Part shown: piece after piece, positions 1 through 7,779 of the stretch
Numbering within the stretch: position 1 is the first letter of the stretch
Layout of the letters: each line of letters begins with the position of its first letter
DNA from: Acidobacteriota bacterium
GTDB taxonomy: Bacteria > Actinomycetota > Acidimicrobiia > Acidimicrobiales > UBA8190
Length of the DNA stretch: 45,013 nucleotides
Direction: 5' to 3'
Assembly: GCA_028872975.1 (NCBI GenBank)
Contig: JAGWNV010000001.1
Coordinates: 1-45,013 of the forward strand
Position numbers and translations under genes: made by a program
The notes under the pieces: model-generated
Seen by the model: the letters and a program-made list of their open reading frames with translations, nothing else
Told to the model about the DNA's origin: nothing
Databases searched by the model: none

Positions 1-420
1 GCCAACCAAGGCATCGGCAAGTCGAATCCCGCCCATACCGGCTGCGTCGGGCCCTCCACCACCACGACGGCGGCGCGAGGGCCGACGACCACGACCACCA
101 CCACCACGACGACGGCGGGCGGAACGGGCGGGGAGTCGGGGCCCACCTCGACCGGCCCACCCTCGTCGTCGGGCGGCACCGGCACCGCCGCGAGCCAGGC
201 CGTCGAGACGGCGCTCCGGACCTGGATCACCAACACCTCGGCCACCCACCCCACCGGCCCGGCCACGACGGCCGCCTCCGGGGCGGGCAGCCTGGCCTTC
301 ACCGGCGCCAACCTGGCCCGCGACGCCCTCCTCGGCGCGGCGTCGGTCCTGCTGGCGGCCATCCTCTATCTCGTCGACTCCCGGCTCCGTCGCCGGCGCC
401 TGGCCCCGCCCGTGCCCTGA
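1..420 (+). CDS. C-terminal part of a cell-wall-anchored surface protein (5' end outside the window). It has a Thr/Gly/Pro-rich stalk followed by an LAFTG sorting signal.
   Basis: Frame 1 is open from base 1 to TGA at 418-420. The translation ends ...TTTTTTTTTTAGGTGGESGPTSTGPPSSSGGTGTAASQ...GAGSLAFTGANLARDALLGAASVLLAAILYLVDSRLRRRRLAPPVP. LAxTG plus a hydrophobic helix plus a basic tail is the class E sortase substrate layout. It is absent from the ORF track because there is no start codon in the window. Confidence 0.6.
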   Translation, partial: ANQGIGKSNPAHTGCVGPSTTTTAARGPTTTTTTTTTTAGGTGGESGPTSTGPPSSSGGTGTAASQAVETALRTWITNTSATHPTGPATTAASGAGSLAFTGANLARDALLGAASVLLAAILYLVDSRLRRRRLAPPVP

Positions 421-566
421 CCCTCGTGGGCCGGGACCACCCCGGCCGGCCCGGGCGGACGACGGTGTCCGGCGGCGATGACTGAGGTGCCCCGAGGGGG
501 GGGCACAGAGAGGACCGTGACCGGCGGCGCACACCTCGAGCCGCGCCCCGGGGCCGGCTGACCGAC

Positions 567-692
567 GTGCCCGTCGATCCCCGCCCCGGGTGGCCCGCCC
601 AGGTCCAGGCCTTCGACCGTCTGGCGCCGGGGCGGACCCAGGTCTTCGACGAGATCCCGGTGGGCTGGCGCTTCAGGCTCACCAAGCGGTAG
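567..692 (+). CDS. Small hypothetical protein (41 aa from GTG), possibly the 3' part of a frameshifted gene of about 70 aa that starts at ATG 478
   Basis: VPVDPRPGWPAQVQAFDRLAPGRTQVFDEIPVGWRFRLTKR, with TAG at 690-692. Third-codon-position G+C is about 94% and second-position G+C about 50%, which is a coding-like signature. It is too short to appear in the ORF track and I recognised no family. Confidence 0.3.
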   Translation: MPVDPRPGWPAQVQAFDRLAPGRTQVFDEIPVGWRFRLTKR

Positions 693-698
693 GCCGGG

Positions 699-771
699 CT
701 GGCGGGGGAGGGCTCGAACCTCCAACATCCGGCTCCAAAGGCCGGCGTTCTGCCGATTGAACTACCCGCCA
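699..771 (-). tRNA. tRNA-Gln (anticodon UUG)
   Basis: The reverse complement reads TGGCGGG TA GTTC AATCGGCA GAAC G CCGGC CTTTGGA GCCGG ATGTT GGAGG TTCGAGC CCTCC CCCGCCA G. This gives a full cloverleaf with a U1-A72 pair and G73 discriminator, typical of bacterial tRNA-Gln. CCA is not encoded. Confidence 0.9.
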
Positions 772-853
772 CCGGAACTGGCTCCGGGACCTTCCCACGC
801 TACCGGTCGCGCTTGGCGCGTTCGGGCCGGCGGCCACTAACCTCGCCGGTGCC

Positions 854-955
854 ATGGGCTCCCTGATCAAGAAGCGCCGCAAGCGGATGCGCAAGAAGAA
901 GCACAAGAAGATGCTGAAGGCCACCCGCTGGCAGCGGCGGGCCGCAGGCAAGTAG
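854..955 (+). CDS. 30S ribosomal protein bS22 (actinobacterial 33-aa AURKAIP1/COX24-type micro-protein)
   Basis: MGSLIKKRRKRMRKKKHKKMLKATRWQRRAAGK. It closely resembles mycobacterial bS22 as I remember it (MGSVIKKRRKRMSKKKHRK...). It is not in the ORF track because of its length. Confidence 0.85.
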   Translation: MGSLIKKRRKRMRKKKHKKMLKATRWQRRAAGK

Positions 956-987
956 GCGCGGAGCCCCCGCCGGCGCTCCCCGCCGGC

Positions 988-1806
988 TCACCGTTCGACC
1001 GACGATCCCGCCCCTTCGGGCGGGATCGTCGCGTCGGGAGCAGGGACGGTGGTGACCGGCACCACCGGCGCCCGGGCGCCCCCGACGCGCAACTCGGCGC
1101 CGACGCGCCGGGCGAGGTTCCCCTCGGGGTCGCCGACGAACCAGGCCGAGCCGCTGCCTGCCAGTCGGGGCCGGGCACCGGTGGCGGCGCCGAAAGCCTC
1201 TCGCCACGCACCGAGCCCCGCCGCCACAGCCAGCGCCGCCTGCTCGAGGTCGTTGCCCCCGTCGTCTCCGGCGGCGGGCCGTCGTCCGTCGTCCCACGCC
1301 CGGTAGGCGGCGGCGGTGTCCACCGCCACCGGGGGGACGAGGAGGAGGAACCGCTCGGCCACGAACGGCACCGGCACCACCTCGTCGCCGATCCCGCCGA
1401 CCCGGGCGCGCCCGCCCACGACACAGAAGGGCACGTCGGCGCCGAGGCCGGCCGCCACCGCCGGGTCGGTCTCCCCCGCCCACCGCAGGACGGCGGCGGC
1501 GTCGCTCGACCCCCCGCCGAGACCGGCGCCGAGGGGGATGCGCTTCACGAGCCGCACGGCGGCCTCCCGGCCCACGGCGGCGAGGGCCCGGCCGACGAGG
1601 TTGGCGGGCCCGTCGTCGAGGTCGCCGAGGCCGGTCCCGCCCACCACCTCGTCGACGAGCTCGAGACCCGAGCCGGTGTCGAAGTCGAGGACGTCGGCGA
1701 GGTCGATGCTCGTCATCTCCGCCTCGAGGAGGTGGTAGCCGTCGTCCCGGACGCCGGTGATCCGCAGCGACAGCGTGAGCTTGGCCGGAGCCGTCAGCCG
1801 CTGCAT
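988..1806 (-). CDS. ispE: 4-diphosphocytidyl-2-C-methyl-D-erythritol kinase
   Basis: The internal start MQRLTAPAKLTLSLRITGVRDDGYHLLE... lies within ORF 988..2277. It carries the GHMP kinase motif PLGAGLGGGSSDAA. The start overlaps the rsmA stop by 13 nt. Confidence 0.9.
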   Translation of the reverse strand: MQRLTAPAKLTLSLRITGVRDDGYHLLEAEMTSIDLADVLDFDTGSGLELVDEVVGGTGLGDLDDGPANLVGRALAAVGREAAVRLVKRIPLGAGLGGGSSDAAAVLRWAGETDPAVAAGLGADVPFCVVGGRARVGGIGDEVVPVPFVAERFLLLVPPVAVDTAAAYRAWDDGRRPAAGDDGGNDLEQAALAVAAGLGAWREAFGAATGARPRLAGSGSAWFVGDPEGNLARRVGAELRVGGARAPVVPVTTVPAPDATIPPEGAGSSVER

Positions 1807-2624
1807 GCCGCCAGCCTGCCCCAGTCCTCGACCGAGAGCTCCTCGGCCCGGGCCCGGGGATCGATCCCGGCCTCGGCGAAGCACTCGGCGCCCACCACGC
1901 CGGCCAGGGCCCCCCGGAGCATCTTGCGCCGCTGCCCGAACCCGGCCCGCACCACGGTGAAGAGCCGCTCGGCGCCCACGACGGCGGGATCGACGGCGAC
2001 CCGGTCCCGGCGCTCGATGCGGACGAGTGTGGACTCCACCCGCGGCCGGGGGACGAAGACGGTGGCCGGCACCCGCCCCACCACGCGCGCCGTGGCGTAG
2101 TAGGCGACCTTCACCGACACGGCCCCGTAGTCCTTGCCGCCCGGCGCCGCCGCCAACCGCTCCCCCACCTCCCGCTGCACCATCACGGTCATGTCGGTCA
2201 CCCCCGGCGCCTCCTCGAGGATCCGCACCACCACCGGCACCGCCACGTTGTAGGGCAGGTTGGCCACCACCGACCACGAGTTGTCGGCGCCGAGCAGCGC
2301 GCCGAGGTCGATCGTCATGGCGTCGCCCTGGACGACCTCCACGCCGAGCCCGTCCACCTGCTCGTGGAGCGCCGGGAGCAACCGGGCGTCGGCCTCCACC
2401 GTCACCACCCTCGCCCCTGTCGCCGCCAGCGCCCGCGTCAGGGCGCCGAGACCGGCGCCGATCTCGAGCACGGCCCGGCCGGGCCCGACTCCCGACAGCG
2501 CCGCGATCCGCCGGACGGTGTTCGGGTCGGCCACGAAGTTCTGCCCGAAGGCGCGGCTCGGGTGCAGCCCGTGTCGCTCGAGGATGTCCCGCACCCGCTC
2601 CGGCCCGCTGCTCATCGCCGCCAC
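1794..2624 (-). CDS. rsmA: 16S rRNA (adenine1518/1519-N6)-dimethyltransferase
   Basis: FGQNFVADPN, VLEIGAGLGALT and VVANLPYNVA motifs. Synteny is rsmA-ispE. Confidence 0.92.
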   Translation of the reverse strand: MAAMSSGPERVRDILERHGLHPSRAFGQNFVADPNTVRRIAALSGVGPGRAVLEIGAGLGALTRALAATGARVVTVEADARLLPALHEQVDGLGVEVVQGDAMTIDLGALLGADNSWSVVANLPYNVAVPVVVRILEEAPGVTDMTVMVQREVGERLAAAPGGKDYGAVSVKVAYYATARVVGRVPATVFVPRPRVESTLVRIERRDRVAVDPAVVGAERLFTVVRAGFGQRRKMLRGALAGVVGAECFAEAGIDPRARAEELSVEDWGRLAACSG

Positions 2625-2646
2625 CCGCCCCCCGGCGGCCGGCGCC

Positions 2647-3231
2647 TCACCAGCTGACGCGCACCTCGATCACCCCGGCGGAGGGATCGGCCAGCCGGGA
2701 GAAGGTGGCCTCGGACAGGTCGAGCACCCGGCCGGTGCTGGCTGCCATGCGGTCGTCCACCGTGCACGTCACCGACCCCCCCGTGGCCAGGTCCGTCACC
2801 GACACCACCGTGCCGTAGGCGATGTCGGGGCTGGCGCAGGTGCCGGCGGGCGCCTGGTACCAGCTGGCCTGCCCGGTCTCCACGTGCGCCGGCGGTGGCG
2901 GTGCCGTCGTGGTCGTGGTGGGAGGCGCCGTGGTGGGAGGCAACGTGGTCACCGCCGCCACGTGCACGGCGGGGACCGGATCGGGCGGTGCCGTCGTGGT
3001 CGTGGTGGTGGTGGACGTGGCCGCGATGGGGTCGGCGGCGACGACGAGTCGGTCGGCCCAACTCGGCGCAGCGTGGGCCCGCGCCCGCTCGGGGCCGGCG
3101 CCGTGCCCGGCACGCGGGGAGCCCGCCGCGCCGGGACGGTTCCCGGTGCGGGCGTCGGAGACGGCGCGCCCTGGTGCGGCGAGCAGGAGGATCGGCACCA
3201 CCAGCACGGACACCACGCACCCGAGCCGCAC
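2647..3231 (-). CDS. Secreted RlpA-like double-psi beta-barrel (DPBB) cell-wall protein with a Thr/Pro-rich linker
   Basis: Signal-peptide-like N-terminus MRLGCVVSVLVVPILLLAAPG, a poly-T/P linker, and a C-terminal GQASWYQ...GTCASPDIAYGTVVSVTDLATGGSVTCTVDDRMAASTGRVLDLSEATFSRLADPSAGVIEVRVSW. Confidence 0.75.
   Translation of the reverse strand: MRLGCVVSVLVVPILLLAAPGRAVSDARTGNRPGAAGSPRAGHGAGPERARAHAAPSWADRLVVAADPIAATSTTTTTTTAPPDPVPAVHVAAVTTLPPTTAPPTTTTTAPPPPAHVETGQASWYQAPAGTCASPDIAYGTVVSVTDLATGGSVTCTVDDRMAASTGRVLDLSEATFSRLADPSAGVIEVRVSW
2898..3008. repeat. Two copies of a 24-nt direct repeat (gcggtgccgtcgtggtcgtggtgg) at 2898-2921 and 2985-3008
   Basis: Both copies are exact and in frame, 87 nt apart, inside the RlpA-like gene. 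They encode the poly-Thr/Pro linker. Confidence 0.8.
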
Positions 3232-3527
3232 GACGGGCCGAACGCCTCCGGCGCTGTTCGCCCTCAGATCTCCACCCTTCGTCTGCGGACCTGAACTGCA
3301 CTGCGTCGGAATCGAGGGTGAAGCTAGGCGCCCGGCAATTGCCCGGCAATTCGGGACGATGCCCCGACGACCGGCGAGCTGGCCACGACACGTCGCCGCG
3401 GCGCGCAGGAGGCGCGATCGCTACGAACGGTGGGAGTCCACCGTCGCCGATGGCCCGCACTGTGGCCGACTTATCCACAGAACGGTGTGCGGACGTGGGC
3501 TTTCGCGCGCTGCGCACCCGCCACCTC
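3232..3527 (-). promoter_or_regulatory. Long (296 nt) structured 5' leader or promoter region of the RlpA-like gene; candidate riboswitch
   Basis: No coding signal. On the minus-strand RNA there are hairpins CUGUGG-N9-CCACAG and ACGGUGG-ACUC-CCACCGU, and a 9-bp helix pairing 3315-3323 with 3270-3278. There is a tandem 11-mer at 3330-3351. The segments CCCGAAUUGCC and CGAUUCCGAC resemble the CCGAAUCCGAC core of the ydaO class. The class is unverified. Confidence 0.3.
3330..3351. repeat. Perfect tandem duplication of gcccggcaatt (2 x 11 nt)
   Basis: Read directly from the sequence. It lies inside the leader described above. Confidence 0.85.
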
Positions 3528-4331
3528 TCACGAGATCCCGAAGACACGACGGGCGGCCAACATCGACGCTGCCGCCACCGACTCGGGCTCGACGGCCTTG
3601 GCCGCCGCCACGGCGGCACCCACCTCGGCCACCCATGCCGGCCGGTTGGACCGGCCCCGGTAGGGCACCGGCGCCAGGAACGGCGCGTCGGTCTCGACGA
3701 GCAGGCGGTCGAGCGGGCAGAGCGCGGCGGCGTCACGCACCTCCTGTGCGCCGGCGAAGCTGACGATGCCGCTGAACGACAAGTAGGCGCCGAGATCGAG
3801 ACACGCCCGCGCCTCGTCGGGTCCGCCGGTGAAGCAGTGCAGGACCACCCGTTCGAGCGCGGCCTCGGCCAACATCGCCACGGTGTCGGGCCAGGCCTCC
3901 CTGGTGTGCACGACGAGCGCCAGGCCGAGCTCGGCGGCGAGGGCGATCTGGGCGGCGAACACCTCCCGCTGGGCGGGGCGCGGCGAGTGGTCGTAGTGGT
4001 AGTCGAGCCCGCACTCTCCCACCGCCACCACCGCGTCGCGCCGCCCGGGCAACGACGCCCGGAGCAGCGCCTCGACGTCACCGAGCCCGGTGCTCGCCTC
4101 GTGCGGATGGAGGCCGACCGTGGCCCACACGCCGACCGCGCCGTCCCCCTCCCGCCGGCCCGCGGCCAGCTCGAGGGCCTGGCGAGACGACCCGGCGTCG
4201 GTCCCCACGCAGACGACGCCCCGGACCCCCGCCGCCGCCGCCTCGTCGAGGACCTCCCCCGGCGTCCGGTCCTCGGGCCGGTAGGCGTCCTGGATGTGGC
4301 AGTGGGAGTCGAACCAGGCCGGCGTCGTCAT
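3528..4331 (-). CDS. tatD: TatD family metal-dependent hydrolase/DNase
   Basis: Internal start MTTPAWFDSHCHIQD... with later motifs GECGLDYHY and VETDAPFLAP. Its ATG overlaps the metG TGA (ATGA). Confidence 0.9.
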   Translation of the reverse strand: MTTPAWFDSHCHIQDAYRPEDRTPGEVLDEAAAAGVRGVVCVGTDAGSSRQALELAAGRREGDGAVGVWATVGLHPHEASTGLGDVEALLRASLPGRRDAVVAVGECGLDYHYDHSPRPAQREVFAAQIALAAELGLALVVHTREAWPDTVAMLAEAALERVVLHCFTGGPDEARACLDLGAYLSFSGIVSFAGAQEVRDAAALCPLDRLLVETDAPFLAPVPYRGRSNRPAWVAEVGAAVAAAKAVEPESVAAASMLAARRVFGIS

Positions 4332-5953
4332 GCCCGGCGGCGCGGGAAGAGCGGCGCGCCCTTCTCCACCGGCATCCCCCCGGGGTAGCCACCCCAGGCC
4401 AGCGCCTCGGGCACCACCACCTCGTCGGGCCGGCCGGGAAGGCCGAGGCGCCGCCAGATCTCGCCGCAGACGCCGGGCATGGCCGGGGAGGCGAGCACGG
4501 CCACGATCCGCAGGGCCTCGAGGGCGCTCCCGAGGACCCCGTCCACGACGGGTCCGGGATCGGCCTTCCACGGCTCGGTCGCCTCGAGCTCGGCGTTGGT
4601 CTCCCGGATGAGGTGCCAGGTGGCCTCGAGGGCCTCGTGGGGGGCGAGGCGGTCCCACGCCGCCACGGCGCGCGCCACCACCGCCGCCGACTCGGGCCCG
4701 AGGCGGCTGGCGGCGTCGGGGGCGGGGCCCACGCCCCCGCACTTCGAGCCCACCACCGTGGCCACCCGCGACACGAGGTTCCCGAGGTTGTTGGCGAGAT
4801 CGGCGTTGTAGCGCGCCGTGATCCCCTCGTAGGAGAACTCGCCGTCGGTCCCGAGCGGCGTGTCGCGCAGCAGGTGGTACCTGATGGCGTCCACCCCGAA
4901 GTCGTCGGTCAGCGCCGCCGGCGTGATCTCGGTGAGCTTGACGGGCTTCCCGCCGCCCTCGCCGGCGTCCCCGGCCGGGCCGACGGCGGCCTCGGCGGCC
5001 TCGGCCGCCTGGCGGATCCTCGTCTTCGACAACCGGCTCCCACCCACGAGCAGCCAGCCGTGGACGAAGACGTGGGCAGGCGGCTCGATGCCCGCCGCCA
5101 TGCACATGGCCGGCCACCACACGCAGTGGAACCGGAGGATCTCCTTGCCGATCAGGTGGTGGACGGCCGGCCACCACCCCTCGAACCGGGCCTCGTCCTC
5201 GCCGAAGCCGATGGCGGTGATGTAGTTGACCAGGGCGTCGTACCAGACGTAGAAGACGTGGGCCGGGTCCCAGGGGACCTCCACCCCCCACCGCGTCGAG
5301 GTCCGGGTGATCGAGATGTCGTGCAGTCCGCCCTTGATGAAGGCGAGGGCCTCGTTGCGCTTGCCCTCGGGCCGCACCGCCTCGGGGTTCGACTCGTACC
5401 ACTCGACGAGGCGGTCCTGGAAGGCGCTCAGCTTGAAGAAGTAGTTCTCCTCCTCGAGCCACTGCGCCGGCCGGTGGTGCTCGGCGCAGACGTGTCCCTC
5501 GAGGAGCTCCGACTCGTCCTTGTAGGCCTCGCAGCCCACGCAGTACCAGCCGCTGTAGGTCCCGGTCTCGATGAAGCCGTTGTCGTAGATCCGCTGCAGG
5601 AAGGCCTGCACGGCCCGGTGGTGCCGGGGCTCGGAGGTCCGGATGAAGTCGTCGTTCGAGACCTCGAGGGCCTTCCAGGCATCGACGAACCTCCCCGAGG
5701 TCCGCTCCGTCCACGCCGGCGGGTCGCTGCCGTGCTCCTCGGCGGACTGGGCCACCTTCACCCCGTGCTCGTCGGTGCCGGTGAGGAAGAAGACGTCGTC
5801 GCCGAGGAGCCGGTGCCACCGGGCGAGGGCGTCGGCGTTGACGGTGGCGTAGGCGTGGCCGACGTGGGGGACGTCGTTGACGTAGTAGATGGGCGTGGTC
5901 ACGTAGAACCGCGGCACCGCCCCAGGGTAGCGACCTCCGCCCGACAAGCTCAC
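4328..5953 (-). CDS. metG: Methionine--tRNA ligase
   Basis: PIYYVNDVPHVGHAY (HIGH-type motif), a WYCVGCEAY knuckle and an anticodon-domain ...NLGNLVSRV. The KMSKS position reads RLSKT and is followed by an insertion (see findings). The true start may be an internal GTG a few codons downstream. Confidence 0.92.
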   Translation of the reverse strand: MSLSGGGRYPGAVPRFYVTTPIYYVNDVPHVGHAYATVNADALARWHRLLGDDVFFLTGTDEHGVKVAQSAEEHGSDPPAWTERTSGRFVDAWKALEVSNDDFIRTSEPRHHRAVQAFLQRIYDNGFIETGTYSGWYCVGCEAYKDESELLEGHVCAEHHRPAQWLEEENYFFKLSAFQDRLVEWYESNPEAVRPEGKRNEALAFIKGGLHDISITRTSTRWGVEVPWDPAHVFYVWYDALVNYITAIGFGEDEARFEGWWPAVHHLIGKEILRFHCVWWPAMCMAAGIEPPAHVFVHGWLLVGGSRLSKTRIRQAAEAAEAAVGPAGDAGEGGGKPVKLTEITPAALTDDFGVDAIRYHLLRDTPLGTDGEFSYEGITARYNADLANNLGNLVSRVATVVGSKCGGVGPAPDAASRLGPESAAVVARAVAAWDRLAPHEALEATWHLIRETNAELEATEPWKADPGPVVDGVLGSALEALRIVAVLASPAMPGVCGEIWRRLGLPGRPDEVVVPEALAWGGYPGGMPVEKGAPLFPRRRA

Positions 5954-5969
5954 CGGTCGCCGGGACCGC

Positions 5970-6509
5970 TCACCAGTTCGCCACGTGACAGGCGCCGTGC
6001 CCGGTCTTCTCGACGTAACGCTGGTGGTACTCCTCGGCGGGCCAGAAGGTGGACGCCGGGGTGACCTCGGTGACGATGGGACGGGAGAACCGGTGCTGGA
6101 ACTCCTGGAGCGACGCCCGGGCGGCGGCCTCCTGGCCCTGGTCGTGGACGAAGACCGCCGAGCGGTACTGGGTGCCGACGTCGGGGCCCTGGCGATTGGG
6201 GGTCGTCGGGTCGTGATGGCGCCAGAAGGCCGCCAGCAGCTCGTCGTAGGTGACCCTCTTTGGGTCGAAGGTCACGAGCGCGGCCTCGGCGTGGCCGGTG
6301 CGACCGGAGCACACCTGCTCGTAGGTGGGCGCCCCCACGTGCCCCCCGGTGTAGCCGGAGACGGCGTCGACGACGCCGTCCACGTGGCGGAAGAAGTCCT
6401 CCACCCCCCAGAAGCAGCCCGCCGCGAAGGTGGCGAGCGCCAGGCCCTCCGGGGCGTCCCCCGGCTCCACCGGCGGCCCCTGCGTGGTGTCGTAGCGCCC
6501 TGCCCTCAC
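5970..6509 (-). CDS. msrA: Peptide-methionine (S)-S-oxide reductase
   Basis: [10 protein letters not shown] catalytic motif and [12 protein letters not shown]. Confidence 0.92.
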   Translation of the reverse strand: MRAGRYDTTQGPPVEPGDAPEGLALATFAAGCFWGVEDFFRHVDGVVDAVSGYTGGHVGAPTYEQVCSGRTGHAEAALVTFDPKRVTYDELLAAFWRHHDPTTPNRQGPDVGTQYRSAVFVHDQGQEAAARASLQEFQHRFSRPIVTEVTPASTFWPAEEYHQRYVEKTGHGACHVANW

Positions 6510-6563
6510 CGGCCACCTCCTCGTCCGGGCCCGTCGCCGGGCCCCTGCTGGCCGAACACCGGC

Positions 6564-7424
6564 TCAGTCCCCGCCATTCCTGGCCGTCCCCGCCTCGGCC
6601 AGGCCGAGCTCGTAGGCCCTGCGCCTCGACACCCCGAGCGACGCCGCCACCGACGCCGCCGCGTCCCGGAGGGTCTGGCCGGCCTCCAGGCGCGCCCGCA
6701 CCTGCCGGCGCACCGAGTCGTCGTCCGCCTCGGGCGGTGCCGGCGCCCCGTCGAGGACGACCACGATCTCGCCCCGGGGCTCCCGGGCGGCGAACTCGCC
6801 GGCGGCCTCGCCGAGGGTCCCCCGCCACAGCTCCTCGTGGAGCTTGGTCAGCTCCCGGGCGACGACCACCCGCCGGTCCGCCCCGCACGACTCGGCCAGC
6901 GCCGCCAACGTGTCGGCGAGGCGGGGGGCGGCCTCGTGCAGCAGGACGGTCCGCCGCTCCTCGGCGATCTGCTCCAGGCGCCGTCTGCGATCGGCGCCCC
7001 ACCGGGGCAGGAACCCCTCGAAGCAGAACCGGTCCGTGGGGAGCCCGCTCACCACCAGCGCGGCGAGCGCGGCGTTGGGCCCCGGGACGACGGTGACCTC
7101 GATGCCCGCGGCGGCTGCCGCCGCCACCAGCCGGGTGCCCGGGTCCGACACCCCCGGGGTGCCGGCGTCGCTCACGAGGGCCACCGTCCGGCCCGCCCGC
7201 AACTCCCCGACCACCTCGGCGATGCGGGCCTGTTCGTTGTGGCCGTGCACCGACAGCAGCCGCCGTCCCGTGATGCCGCCGTGGCTGAGGAGCTGTCGCG
7301 TCCGGCGGGTGTCCTCGCAGCACACGAGCGACGCACCGGCCAGCGCCGCGGCGGCGCGCGGCGAGAGGTCCCCGAGGTTCCCGATGGGGGTGGCCACGAG
7401 CACGAGCCGGCCGGCGGCCGTCAC
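6564..7424 (-). CDS. rsmI: 16S rRNA (cytidine1402-2'-O)-methyltransferase
   Basis: LVLVATPIGNLGDLSPRA..., CEDTRRT and SDAGTPGVSDPG motifs. The start is taken as GTG 7424, which overlaps the upstream TGA (GTGA). The N-terminal part of ORF-track entry 6564..7538 is not used. Confidence 0.88.
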   Translation of the reverse strand: MTAAGRLVLVATPIGNLGDLSPRAAAALAGASLVCCEDTRRTRQLLSHGGITGRRLLSVHGHNEQARIAEVVGELRAGRTVALVSDAGTPGVSDPGTRLVAAAAAAGIEVTVVPGPNAALAALVVSGLPTDRFCFEGFLPRWGADRRRRLEQIAEERRTVLLHEAAPRLADTLAALAESCGADRRVVVARELTKLHEELWRGTLGEAAGEFAAREPRGEIVVVLDGAPAPPEADDDSVRRQVRARLEAGQTLRDAAASVAASLGVSRRRAYELGLAEAGTARNGGD

Positions 7425-7777
7425 GACACCCGGTGCAGCTCGAGCTCGTCCCCGCGCTGGAGCTTCCACCGCTCGAAGGCGCCCGCCTCGGCTTCGAGCA
7501 CCCACCGGCAGCGCCATCGCGGCAGGCTGAGGCGCCACGGCACCATCTGCACGGCGTCGAGCACCCGGAGGTCCTGGTCGAGGAAGGCCACGTCGATGGG
7601 GAACCGCATGAAGAGCGTGTGCACGGCCTTGGCCCGAGGGAGCACGAGGGCCCCCTCGTAGCCGGCGCGGCCCAGGAGCCCCCGCAGGCGCGCCGGGACC
7701 GACTCGGCGACCTCGGCGGCGGCCAGCACGTCACCGCCACGCAGCAGCCACAGCGGGGCGCCGTCGTCTCCGGGCAC
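7421..7777 (-). CDS. DUF192 domain protein
   Basis: C-terminal 118 aa of ORF 7421..8560: ...RLRGLLGRAGYEGALVLPRAKAVHTLFMRFPIDVAFLDQDLRVLDAV...WVLEAEAGAFERW. A GTG start at 7777 lies just after the ychF stop. Confidence 0.7.
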   Translation of the reverse strand: MPGDDGAPLWLLRGGDVLAAAEVAESVPARLRGLLGRAGYEGALVLPRAKAVHTLFMRFPIDVAFLDQDLRVLDAVQMVPWRLSLPRWRCRWVLEAEAGAFERWKLQRGDELELHRVS

Positions 7778-7779
7778 CG

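Noticed and set aside
699-771. The tRNA-Gln as an integration site flanked by a genomic island
   Set aside because: There is no integrase, no repeat of the tRNA 3' half elsewhere in the window, and both flanks carry core genes (a surface protein, bS22 and ispE).
2898-3008. The exact 24-nt direct repeats as a CRISPR-like or minisatellite element
   Set aside because: There are only two copies, and both are in frame inside a coding region where they encode a poly-Thr/Pro linker. There is no repeat-spacer periodicity.
4300-4325. A tRNA-like T-arm fragment (gagtcgaacc)
   Set aside because: It lies inside the well-supported tatD coding frame, and no cloverleaf can be drawn around it.
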